NCBI GenBank assembly: GCA_949283955.1 | Contig: CASDUP010000053.1 | Span: forward strand, 16,324 to 80,323 | Source of the DNA: an uncultured Verrucomicrobiota bacterium | Lineage (GTDB): Bacteria > Verrucomicrobiota > Verrucomicrobiia > Opitutales > Intestinicryptomonadaceae | Length of the DNA: 64,000 bases | Reading direction: 5' to 3' | Part shown: positions 26,840-36,278 of the stretch, one piece after another | Layout: every line of letters starts with the position of its first letter | Position numbering within the stretch: position 1 is the first letter of the stretch | Translations under genes and position numbers: made by a program | Notes under the pieces: model-generated | Seen by the model: the letters and a program-made list of their open reading frames with translations, nothing else | The model's database searches: none | Told to the model about the DNA's origin: nothing

Positions 26840-29263
26840 CTAATTGTTTACGGGAATATTTTTTATTATGAAGGAATTGGCGGCAGCCATTCCCTGTTTG
26901 CTTGGAGAGTGTCCGGTGCGCTGCATGTAGTAGGGGGCGGATTCGCCCTTTAGCGAATTGCGGATCGCGCTGACTGCATGGGGGCTGCAGGTGGTGTCTA
27001 TCAATCCCATCACCACGAGAGCCTTGGCTTTGACGGATTGCGCCATGAGAGCAACGTCAAAGTAGCGCGTGAAATTTATTCTGTCGAGATTGGCGGGATC
27101 CACCCAGTAGGGCCAGCCGGAGTATCTTCCGGTGGAGCGTCCAGCTATGTCTCCAAGAGCGGGAACTATTGGAGTTATAAGGCTGACTTTCGGGAAGAGG
27201 TAGGCTCCCGCCACAGACTGGGCCCCTCCCATGCTTATTCCTCTCATAGCAAAATTCTTTCCGTCCCATTTCGGAAGCTTTTCACCGTTTGCGGAGCGCA
27301 TTTCGGAGGCGGCTCTCAATCCCTGGTATAACCTCTTAAATATTCCGTTAAAATAGACGAGTTTCGGGTCGTATATGTTGCTCTTCCCTTTTTCGGCAAC
27401 ATTGCGGTCTCTAAAGTACCTCCCGCTCTTTATCATTTTTTGCCGCGCTTTAGCCTTTCCTTTTATCGAGGCGTCGCTCGACATCACGTCCTCCTGCGAA
27501 ATCGGATGGGGATTCATGCTAAACGACAAATAGCCTAGTTTGGCAAAATATATAGGATCCCTGGAATTTGCCTGGAATGTTCCAGCGCCGTACACTGTGA
27601 AAACTATCGGCAGCTCCTCTCCGGCCTTTGCCGTGGGAAACGACAGGTATCCGGACGAAACGATTCCGTAAAAACATGTTTCGTCCTCGGAAAAATCGGC
27701 GTCGGTGTTGTAGAAGTCGAAGTTGTCGCATTTTACCTTGTACATGTACGTGGTCACGCCGTCTTTTTCCGAAACGAGTTTCAACTCCAAAATCGGGGGA
27801 ATCGGATCTATCTCCGCCTTGCGGGCGTTCCAGTATTCGTCGAAATCGGCGGGCCTCTCGTTTACAACCTTTATGTCTTCGGGAGAAACCATGAAGGCGA
27901 AAATATTTAGCTTTTTGGCGTATTCTTGGCTGGTCTCGTCGAACACTCCCAAGCACTTCAATTCCGCCTGCTGGGCTCCGTCTATCGTGAATTCCATTTC
28001 CTCCTTCAATTCGCCCGCGGATATCGTTTTGCGGTTTTGATTGCTTGTGAGAATGTATGATGCTCCCTTCGGAAAATTTTTGAATTTAAACTTGAACGGT
28101 TCCCCGGATTTTACAGTGGTGTTGTCAAACATCGGGATTATTTCGAAGTTTTTAACTACCGGAGCGACGTATTCCTTGGCCTTGGGAAAATTTTTGTTGT
28201 TCAAATAGGATCCGATGAATTTCCCTTTCCCGTCGTAGGCCGGTTCGAGATACCAGCCGTCGGAGAATCCCTCGGGGGCGTCTTCGGAATGAGCGGACAA
28301 CACTATCTTGCTTGGTGCAAAGCGCATAAATCCTCCAAGCTTTATTTGCCCCCCTTCGGCAGATATGGATTTGTCGTCCCTTATCAGAACGTAGTTGTTT
28401 CGGAAATTAAAAATTCTGACATTGGGAATCGAGGAATATTTTGTGGAGTACGACTTTATCCATTCTATCGAAACGTTTTTCTCTTTGTTCTTTGCCAAAC
28501 GGATGTCAAAGTTTGATTTGTCTCTGAGCAGAATTCCATTTTTTACAATTCTTACACCGTCGTCTATATTCATGACGGAGCGCTTTCCCGGATTGGATTC
28601 CACTATCGTGTAGGGAGAAAAATCCCCGCTTATAGCTCCCCAGTAGTTGGAGTTTTTCTCGAGAGTGAATATACCGCTTTGCATAAGTATTACCGCCTGC
28701 ACGCACAGGGTTCCACCGCTTCCTATTCTCAATTCGGATTTTCCGCTACCGTATATTCTGGCGCGACCCAAAACGACGTCTCCGCCGATGTATGCGTTTA
28801 CCCTGCCTCCATTTTTAATTGAAAAAACTCCCTCGGGGTATCTGACTCCGTCGAACGTGTAGTTCCAGTTTGAGAACAAGGTCCAATTCCCGAACTTTCC
28901 GGTTCTGTTGCGAAACGTCAGATTTCCCTCAACTTCTGTCTCACCCATTATCGTTTGGGCGGTGTTGGCGTCGGGATACGCTTCGCTAAACTCCAGTTCG
29001 GCTCCTTTTTCAATTTTAACTCTTCCGGCGTTCATGTAGAGATATCTGGTCTTCGCGTCGGCATTTCCTATGTCGCCTTTGAATTTTACATCGCCGGATA
29101 TCGTCACGCTCGTTTTAGGAGCGACTTTAAACGCCTCTGAGGGCTTTAAAAAATTCCCCATGTTGGAGGAATTTATGAGTATCGTTTCAGCTTGGCCGAA
29201 ACAAACGGAGGAGAGCGCGGCAAGCGCAAACACTCCCCCGAGTATCGTATTTTTTATATTCAT
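26840..29263 (-). CDS. Secreted multidomain protein with C-terminal acetylxylan-esterase-like (CE7-type alpha/beta hydrolase) domain
   Basis: Signal peptide; ERPADFDEYW, GISMGGAQ (nucleophile Ser), LIDTTCSP (Asp), TGH (His). N-terminal ~360 aa beta-rich and unassigned. Confidence 0.8.
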   Translation of the reverse strand: MNIKNTILGGVFALAALSSVCFGQAETILINSSNMGNFLKPSEAFKVAPKTSVTISGDVKFKGDIGNADAKTRYLYMNAGRVKIEKGAELEFSEAYPDANTAQTIMGETEVEGNLTFRNRTGKFGNWTLFSNWNYTFDGVRYPEGVFSIKNGGRVNAYIGGDVVLGRARIYGSGKSELRIGSGGTLCVQAVILMQSGIFTLEKNSNYWGAISGDFSPYTIVESNPGKRSVMNIDDGVRIVKNGILLRDKSNFDIRLAKNKEKNVSIEWIKSYSTKYSSIPNVRIFNFRNNYVLIRDDKSISAEGGQIKLGGFMRFAPSKIVLSAHSEDAPEGFSDGWYLEPAYDGKGKFIGSYLNNKNFPKAKEYVAPVVKNFEIIPMFDNTTVKSGEPFKFKFKNFPKGASYILTSNQNRKTISAGELKEEMEFTIDGAQQAELKCLGVFDETSQEYAKKLNIFAFMVSPEDIKVVNERPADFDEYWNARKAEIDPIPPILELKLVSEKDGVTTYMYKVKCDNFDFYNTDADFSEDETCFYGIVSSGYLSFPTAKAGEELPIVFTVYGAGTFQANSRDPIYFAKLGYLSFSMNPHPISQEDVMSSDASIKGKAKARQKMIKSGRYFRDRNVAEKGKSNIYDPKLVYFNGIFKRLYQGLRAASEMRSANGEKLPKWDGKNFAMRGISMGGAQSVAGAYLFPKVSLITPIVPALGDIAGRSTGRYSGWPYWVDPANLDRINFTRYFDVALMAQSVKAKALVVMGLIDTTCSPHAVSAIRNSLKGESAPYYMQRTGHSPSKQGMAAANSFIIKNIPVNN

Positions 29264-29299
29264 TTTGCTTTTTGGTTTTTGTAAAAAAGTTTGTATTTT

Positions 29300-30574
29300 T
29301 TAGATTTTGGAGATGGCGTCCGAAATTATTTCGGAAACCTTGTCGACGTCAGAGTCGGAATGGGCGCAGCTCATAAAACATATTTCGAAGGGGCTCGGGG
29401 CAAGATAGAGTCCGGAGTCCAGGCATAGTTTGAAGAACTTTGAGTAGAGCTCGCGCGAAGAATTCATTGCATCGTCGCAATTTTTTATGGGATTTTCGTT
29501 GAAGAAGAACGAAAATAGTGATCCCGCCTGTGGAGCCTGAAGAGGAATTCCTTTCTTAATAGCCGCTTCCAAAGCGGCTTTTACTACTTGGGCGGATTTT
29601 CTCTCGAGGGATTCGTAGGGGTTTTCCGAGCGAATTTTTTCGAGAGCGGCCGCTCCTGCGGCCATGGCAAGCGGATTTCCGCTGAGAGTTCCCGCCTGGT
29701 AGACTTTTCCCAGAGGAGCTATGTTGTCCATAATCTTTCTCTTTCCGCAAAATGCTCCCACAGGCAGTCCCCCTCCTATTATTTTTCCGAGGGCGCACAG
29801 ATCCGGAATCACACCGTCTCTTGCCTGGGCTCCTCCCGGGCCTATTCTAAATCCGGTTATGACCTCGTCGAATATTAAAAGAGCTCCGTATTTTGTGCAA
29901 ATTTTTCGAAGTTCTGCGAGATAGCCGCTGTCCGGAATTAACAATCCAGTGTTAGCCGGATAGGGTTCGAGGATTACGCACGCTATTTCGTTTCCGCACC
30001 TTGAGAACAAATCCTCGACGGCTTTCAGGTCGTTGAAGGGAAGAACGCTAGTCAGTTTAGCGAGGGCCTCAGGAACTCCTGCCGAGTCGGGATTTCCAAA
30101 TGTGAGAGCTCCGCTTCCCGCCTTCACGAGAAGACTGTCGACGTGTCCGTGGTAGCAGCCCGAAAATTTCACTATCCTGTCGCGTCCGGTGTATCCCCTC
30201 GCGAGGCGAACGGCGCTCATTGTGGCTTCCGTTCCGGAGTTGGTCATTCTAACCTTTTCGGCGCAGGGGATCATTTCGCACACGAGCTTTGCCATTTTTA
30301 GCTCCCCCTCCGACGGAGTTCCAAACGACGTTCCCTTTTCGAGAGCCTCAGCCACCGCTTTCTTTATGTGGCCGTTGTTGTGCCCGAAAAGAGCAGGACC
30401 CCACGAGCAAACGAGATCTATCAATTCCTTTCCATCGCAAGTATATAGTCTGCATCCGCTCGCCCTTTCGGTGAAAAACGGAGTTCTTCCCATGCCGCGA
30501 AACGCCCTTACGGGAGAGTTCACTCCCCCCACGAGATATTTCAGGGACTCCTCAAATAAAGCTTCTGAATTCAT
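29300..30574 (-). CDS. hemL: Glutamate-1-semialdehyde 2,1-aminomutase
   Basis: [54 protein letters not shown]. Confidence 0.98.
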   Translation of the reverse strand: MNSEALFEESLKYLVGGVNSPVRAFRGMGRTPFFTERASGCRLYTCDGKELIDLVCSWGPALFGHNNGHIKKAVAEALEKGTSFGTPSEGELKMAKLVCEMIPCAEKVRMTNSGTEATMSAVRLARGYTGRDRIVKFSGCYHGHVDSLLVKAGSGALTFGNPDSAGVPEALAKLTSVLPFNDLKAVEDLFSRCGNEIACVILEPYPANTGLLIPDSGYLAELRKICTKYGALLIFDEVITGFRIGPGGAQARDGVIPDLCALGKIIGGGLPVGAFCGKRKIMDNIAPLGKVYQAGTLSGNPLAMAAGAAALEKIRSENPYESLERKSAQVVKAALEAAIKKGIPLQAPQAGSLFSFFFNENPIKNCDDAMNSSRELYSKFFKLCLDSGLYLAPSPFEICFMSCAHSDSDVDKVSEIISDAISKI

Positions 30575-32226
30575 ATCTGTTCTTTTGCTACGGGAATGTT
30601 TCTTTCGGAGAAGGCTAGGGGGGATACCTTGGGCCCTATCGGATACTGCGATCTCTTGTATTCGGCTCTCGACAATTTTTTAAGCACGTCCCTTACCACT
30701 TCGCGGTCGAATCCGGCCGATACTATCTCGGTCTCAGAGTTGAACTCCTCGATTCGCATTTTTAGTATTGCGTCGAGAATGTCGTAGGGCGGGAGGGAAT
30801 CTTCGTCTTTTTGTCCCGGGCGCAGCTCGGCGGAGGGAGGTTTGTCTATCGTATTTTGGGGTATTATTTCTCCGTTTGAGTTTATGAGCCTGGACATTTC
30901 GTACACTTCGGTTTTGTAGAGGTCGGATATGGGGGCGAATCCCCCGCAGGTATCTCCGTACAAAGTGCAGTATCCGACGGCGCATTCGCTCTTGTTTCCG
31001 GTGGTCAGCACCATGGCTCCGAACTTGTTCGACATTGCCATCATAACCAGCCCTCTTGCCCTCGACTGAATGTTTTCCTCCGTGACGTCCCTAGGTTTTC
31101 CTGAGAACACGTTTTTAAGCGAACTCTCCGCGGCAGAAACTATGTCGGCAACCCCGACCATGTGGAACTCGATTCCGAGATTTTCGGCGAGCTTTTTCGC
31201 GTCCTCCTTGCTGTGGTCGCTAGAAATCGCGCTCGGCATTCCCACTCCTATAACATTTTCCGGACCGAGAGCTTCCGTTGCCAACGCCGCGACAAGAGCC
31301 GAATCTATTCCTCCGCTCAACCCTATCAGAGCCTTTTTAAAGCCGCACTTTTGGACGAAGTCCCTTATGGACATCACTATCGCTTTCCTAGTTTCCTCCA
31401 TTCCGGAAAACGGGCGGCCCTCCCTGCTGTTTGGCAGCTCAAATGGATCGACTATCTTTTCGTCCTCCGAAAATTTTGCAAGGCAAGAGCTCTTTGGAGA
31501 GTCCGATCTCGCGTCGAAAACTCCGCTTCCGCCCGCAAAAATAAGATTGTCGTTTCCGCCCACCAGATTGCACCACACGAGGGGAACATTCAGCTCCTTA
31601 GAAACGTCCTCTAAAAGTCCCCCAGCCGCGCGGACGTCGTCATTTGAGGAAGAGAATACGCTTGCGGAGATGTTTATTAACAGATCGAGATTTCCGTTTT
31701 CGGACTCTTTTTTAAAGTGGGGCAGGGGTGCGCTTTTCAAGTCGTACCGGGAAGAGGTGGAAACTTTTGGAAGGGTCCATATATCTTCGCAAATTGTTAT
31801 TCCTATTTTTTTGCCGAGAAATTCAACCGAACAAAATTTGTCTGAAGAGTCGTAGTTTCTGGAGTCGTTCAATACTCCGTAATTGGGAAGCAGGTGTTTT
31901 TCGCACACGGCTTTCACTTTGGAGTCCTGAATCCAAAACGCCGCGTTATAACGCCCTATGGATCCCTTTCCAAGCATCGGGCATCCTATGAGAGCCGGTA
32001 TTGGAAGCCGGGGAGCGAGTTCCTCCAGCAGCTTTTTCTTTGCCTTATCGAGAAAAGAATCGCAAAACGCAAGATCCCTCAGAGGATAACCCGACACCGC
32101 CATTTCCGGAAATACAGCCAAGTCGGCTCCTCCTTCGGCCAATCTCGAGCAGGCTTTAAAAATTTTTTCGCAGTTCCCGTCGATATCTCCGACCCGCGTG
32201 TTTATTTGTCCGATTCCTATTTTCAC
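30571..32226 (-). CDS. nadE: Glutamine-dependent NAD(+) synthetase
   Basis: Nitrilase triad FPEM / EKHLLPNY / ICEDIW, plus [32 protein letters not shown]. Confidence 0.96.
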   Translation of the reverse strand: MKIGIGQINTRVGDIDGNCEKIFKACSRLAEGGADLAVFPEMAVSGYPLRDLAFCDSFLDKAKKKLLEELAPRLPIPALIGCPMLGKGSIGRYNAAFWIQDSKVKAVCEKHLLPNYGVLNDSRNYDSSDKFCSVEFLGKKIGITICEDIWTLPKVSTSSRYDLKSAPLPHFKKESENGNLDLLINISASVFSSSNDDVRAAGGLLEDVSKELNVPLVWCNLVGGNDNLIFAGGSGVFDARSDSPKSSCLAKFSEDEKIVDPFELPNSREGRPFSGMEETRKAIVMSIRDFVQKCGFKKALIGLSGGIDSALVAALATEALGPENVIGVGMPSAISSDHSKEDAKKLAENLGIEFHMVGVADIVSAAESSLKNVFSGKPRDVTEENIQSRARGLVMMAMSNKFGAMVLTTGNKSECAVGYCTLYGDTCGGFAPISDLYKTEVYEMSRLINSNGEIIPQNTIDKPPSAELRPGQKDEDSLPPYDILDAILKMRIEEFNSETEIVSAGFDREVVRDVLKKLSRAEYKRSQYPIGPKVSPLAFSERNIPVAKEQI

Positions 32227-32294
32227 TGTTCCAACGACTTTCCGAATTGCGAAAACGCTTATAATCTTTCGCGCTTTTATAAAAGAAAAAATTT

Positions 32295-35200
32295 TTACCT
32301 GCCGGCCTTCGGAAAACTTTTTGGCTTTTGAAAAGTTTTCCAGTCCCTCTCCGGAAGTTTCGGAGGAGAAGCCCTTACTGTGAAGTCTTCAAGGGCAGGT
32401 TCGGCCCTAAGCTTTTTAAACGCCTCCGAGTCGAACCCGCTTCTTATTTCTGAGTTCGACGATACCTCCACGCAGTCCCCGTTTCCGACGTCCAGGAATA
32501 GAACGTGCTCTATGGAGCTGCCCTTAGCGTCCGAGTAAACGCAGTGGGCGAGCCTCTTTAAAAAGTGTTCGGCTCCCTCTGACGGGTCCGCCCTGACAAT
32601 CCATTCGCATTTCTTGCAATGGAGGGCAGCCTCGGACATTTTTTCCAGCACCTCGGCGGACATTCTCGGCTCGGCTCCGTCTCTGGAGCGCATTTCTCCA
32701 GTCACGCACACGCAGTCTCCGTCGCGGAATTCGGATATGTATTTTTCGTAGGCGTCGGAGTACATGTTTATCTGCCACGTTTTCGCCGAATCCCTTCCCG
32801 AAAGAGTGAAAAAACACCACGTTTTTTTCGTCTCTTTCGTTATGCGCTTTGTTATGTTCGATATGACTCCGCAGGCGCGAAATACCGCCTTGTGGACCCG
32901 CTTCACCGTTTCGGCGTCGGGAACGTAGTCGAGGGCGTCGTCGAACCCGGCGTACTCGCTCATCGGGTGTCCCGAAACGTACAGCCTGAGCAGCTCCTTT
33001 TCGGCCTTTAACTTTTCGGCAACTCCCATAGGGGGAGCCGAAGTGTCTATAACAGATATTGCAGAATTCTTTTCTGGGGAGCTTTCGCCGAACATCTCAA
33101 AAAGATTCGCTTGGCCGGCCTCCTTGTCCCGCTCGAGCTCTTGCGAATGGCCCATTATGGCGTCCAAGGAGTTCATTATGTGGGCCCTGTCCAAACCGAA
33201 CGAGTCAAACGCTCCCGAAAGCGCGAGGGCTTCCATTACCCTCCTGTTTAAATTTTTTGAGCCAACCCTCGTGACAAAATCGAATATGTCTTCAAACGGT
33301 CCGTTCCTGTCCCTTTCCTCTACTATCGCGCTTGCAGGTCCGTCTCCTATTCCCTTTATGGCGGCAAGCCCAAACCTTATCGAACCGGCGCTCTCCAAAA
33401 ATATTTCCCTTTTACCCTCCGGACTCCATTCGGGATCTATTATGGGAGTGAATTTTTGCCGCGATATGTTGATGTCGGGTCCAAGAACTTTTATGTTTAT
33501 CTCTTCGCAGGCCTCTATGAAGTGTTCGACCTTGTCCGAGTTGCCCAGTTCGCTCGACAAAAGCGCCGCCATGAACTCCACCGGATAGTGGGCCTTCAGG
33601 TACGCCGTCCTGTAGCTTAGCATCGCATACGCGGCCGAGTGCGACTTGTTGAATCCGTATTGGGCAAACTTCTCAAGAACGGCGAAAATATCCGAGGCTT
33701 CCTTTTCGTCGATGTTGTTAAACTCCTTCGCCTTCCGTACGAATATGCTTTTTTGCTTGGCCATTACTTCGGGCTTTTTCTTTCCCATCGCCCTTCGGAG
33801 AATGTCGGCTTCCCCGAGGGTGTATCCGGCTATTATCCGGGCTGCCATCATCACCTGCTCCTGATAGACCAATATCCCATAAGTTTCTTGCACCAAGTCC
33901 TTCAAAAGAGGATGGGGAATGTGCATCTTCGATGGATCGTGCTTGGCCTCTATAAACTGGTCTATGAATTGCATTGGGCCCGGCCTGTAAAGGGCTATCA
34001 ATGCTATTATCTCCTCGAAAGTGCTAAGGCTTATCCTTCTGCACAGATTTCTCATTCCCTCGCTTTCAAGCTGGAACACGCCTATCGTTATTCCGCTGTT
34101 TAAAAGATTGTAAGTGGAGGGATCGTCGAGCGATACCTTCTCTATGTCGAAGTCGGGATTTTTGCGCGTTCTTCGAACGTTGTCTTGGGCTTCCGAAATA
34201 ACGGTAAGAGTTTTTAATCCCAAAAAATCCGCCTTTAAAAGCCCCAACTCCTCCACTGCTGTTTTCGTGAATTGCGTGGTGAGAGTACCCTCCTGTATCA
34301 TCATGGGAACGAGATTGTCGAGGCGCTGGTCTCCTATTATGATTCCGCAGGCGTGCTTGCCGGTGTTTCTTATCATTCCCTCCATTACGAGGCCGTCGTC
34401 GAATATGTGCTTGACGGCGGGATCGCCCTCTATTTCGGCGCGCAGCTCGGACGACATCTCCACCGCCTTGTTGAGGGTGATTTTAAGGTCGTCTGGAACC
34501 TTCTTTGCTATTTCGTTGGCGCGGTCGTATGGAATGTTGTTTACCCGCGCGAGATCCCTCACCACCGCCTTCGCTCCGAGCTTGTTAAAAGTTATTATGT
34601 TCGCGACTCTGTCCGCCCCGTACTTCTCCCTCACGTATTCTATGACCAAATCCCGCCTGTCCTGGCAGAAGTCGACGTCGAAATCGGGCGGAGAAACCCT
34701 CTCAAGAGACAACATTCTCTCGAATAGAAGATTGAACCTTATTGGCTCTATGTCGGTTATTTTTAGGCAGTATGCCACCATGCAGCCCGCTCCGCTTCCC
34801 CTTCCGGGACCTACGGGAATCCCGCGGCTTCGGGCCCAATTTATGAAGTCGTAAACTATTAGAAAATAATCCACGAATCCGGCGCCAATTATAATAGAAA
34901 GCTCGTAGTCGAGCTTGTCGCAAAGCATTTTCGCCCTGTCGGAATTTTCCCCGTTTTTTGGCTTGTACAAGCCTGGGTTGTCGTAATCTACCCCGTACCT
35001 CGAAAACAAGCCCCTCTTGGCTAGCTCGAAAAGAAAAAGCCCGTTTCCCATCAATTTTTTTCTCTCATCGGGAGACAGCGAAAAATTGCCCTCCCTTCCG
35101 TTCTGCCTTAGAACTTCGTTCTTCTTCGAGACGTACATGTCGAGAATCCGATTGAAGTTCGACTCGTCCGGATTGTACTTTATTTCCGCGGGGCGTTCAT

Positions 35201-36140
35201 ATTTCGGATAGTGGTTTATTTTGTCGTCGCCGTAGGGAAGCTTCAAATCCACCATGTCCGCTATTTCCAGAGTGTTGTCCAAAACTTCCGGATTGTCGGG
35301 AAAAAGCGATTCCATCTCCTCCCGCGATTTCAGATAGAATTCGCTGTTGGGATATTTCATTCTGTCCGTTTCGGAAACAAGGGAATTGGTTTGTATGCAC
35401 AGCATCTCGTCGTGCACCGGAGCGTCTTCCTTGCGGACGTAATGGGTGTCATTTGTCGCAACGGCTCTCAGGCCGAACTCTTTGGCGAGTTTTAAAAGCC
35501 CGGGAATTATTTTAAGCTCGGCGGGCAGAGCGTGGTTTTGAACCTCTATGAAATAATTTTCCCTCCCGAATATATCCAGAAATTTGCCGGTGGCTTCGCG
35601 GGCTTTTTCGTAGTCCGAATACAGCAGATATTGGGAGGCGACCCCGTTCAGGCATCCGCTCAAGGCTATCACGCCTTCGGAATACTTCGCGAGAGTTTCC
35701 AAATCAATGCGGGGCTTGTAGTACATTCCGCGCTCGTACGATTCGCTCGTGAGCTTGGACAGGCTTAGAAACCCCTTGTAGTTTTTTGCGATTAAGGTTT
35801 TGTGGTGTATCTGGTTTCTCGGGAAATTTTCCGGCTTGAGCATGTTGACGTCAGTCTCAATGTCTCCTATGTCGTCGGTCTTGCTCCTGTTTCGGGTGGG
35901 GCGGTCCTCCATCTTGTGGTCGTAAACCACATACGCTTCTATTCCAACGAGAGGCTTTATTCCGGCAGCCCTCGCGGCAAGATAAAAATCCACCGCCCCG
36001 CACATGTTTCCGTGGTCCGTCATTGCCACGGCGGGCATTCCCATCTCTTTGACGCGCGATATTATTCTATCGACGCGCGCGCATCCGTCGAGAAAGCTGT
36101 GGTCGGTGTGCACATGCAAGTGCGCAAAACTTTTTATCAT
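32295..36140 (-). CDS. dnaE: DNA polymerase III subunit alpha
   Basis: HLHVHTDHS PHP domain, GPGRGSGAG, PPDFDVDF, GKHACG, KADFLGL, YGFNKSHSAAY, OB fold. GGAGG RBS before ATG 36140. Confidence 0.98.
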   Translation of the reverse strand: MIKSFAHLHVHTDHSFLDGCARVDRIISRVKEMGMPAVAMTDHGNMCGAVDFYLAARAAGIKPLVGIEAYVVYDHKMEDRPTRNRSKTDDIGDIETDVNMLKPENFPRNQIHHKTLIAKNYKGFLSLSKLTSESYERGMYYKPRIDLETLAKYSEGVIALSGCLNGVASQYLLYSDYEKAREATGKFLDIFGRENYFIEVQNHALPAELKIIPGLLKLAKEFGLRAVATNDTHYVRKEDAPVHDEMLCIQTNSLVSETDRMKYPNSEFYLKSREEMESLFPDNPEVLDNTLEIADMVDLKLPYGDDKINHYPKYERPAEIKYNPDESNFNRILDMYVSKKNEVLRQNGREGNFSLSPDERKKLMGNGLFLFELAKRGLFSRYGVDYDNPGLYKPKNGENSDRAKMLCDKLDYELSIIIGAGFVDYFLIVYDFINWARSRGIPVGPGRGSGAGCMVAYCLKITDIEPIRFNLLFERMLSLERVSPPDFDVDFCQDRRDLVIEYVREKYGADRVANIITFNKLGAKAVVRDLARVNNIPYDRANEIAKKVPDDLKITLNKAVEMSSELRAEIEGDPAVKHIFDDGLVMEGMIRNTGKHACGIIIGDQRLDNLVPMMIQEGTLTTQFTKTAVEELGLLKADFLGLKTLTVISEAQDNVRRTRKNPDFDIEKVSLDDPSTYNLLNSGITIGVFQLESEGMRNLCRRISLSTFEEIIALIALYRPGPMQFIDQFIEAKHDPSKMHIPHPLLKDLVQETYGILVYQEQVMMAARIIAGYTLGEADILRRAMGKKKPEVMAKQKSIFVRKAKEFNNIDEKEASDIFAVLEKFAQYGFNKSHSAAYAMLSYRTAYLKAHYPVEFMAALLSSELGNSDKVEHFIEACEEINIKVLGPDINISRQKFTPIIDPEWSPEGKREIFLESAGSIRFGLAAIKGIGDGPASAIVEERDRNGPFEDIFDFVTRVGSKNLNRRVMEALALSGAFDSFGLDRAHIMNSLDAIMGHSQELERDKEAGQANLFEMFGESSPEKNSAISVIDTSAPPMGVAEKLKAEKELLRLYVSGHPMSEYAGFDDALDYVPDAETVKRVHKAVFRACGVISNITKRITKETKKTWCFFTLSGRDSAKTWQINMYSDAYEKYISEFRDGDCVCVTGEMRSRDGAEPRMSAEVLEKMSEAALHCKKCEWIVRADPSEGAEHFLKRLAHCVYSDAKGSSIEHVLFLDVGNGDCVEVSSNSEIRSGFDSEAFKKLRAEPALEDFTVRASPPKLPERDWKTFQKPKSFPKAGR

Positions 36141-36223
36141 AGACCTCCCCATTTTTTCAACACGCGCCTTTCTGTCAACAAGATTGCCGGATTCGGAGTC
36201 TTAAATGGAGAAATTTGTTTTGC

Positions 36224-36252
36224 AAAAAAAAAGACGCGCGGAAAACCCGCGC
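36224..36252 (-). terminator. Intrinsic terminator after wzc
   Basis: CGCGCGG-AAAAC-CCGCGCG stem with a 9-A tract (U-tract on the minus strand). Confidence 0.7.
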
Positions 36253-36278
36253 GCCCATTTTGCGAAATTAGCTCTCGA

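Noticed and set aside
32295-36140. Intein in dnaE (long gene with insertions)
   Set aside because: No C/S-start...HN-C/S/T splice junctions or LAGLIDADG motifs were seen.
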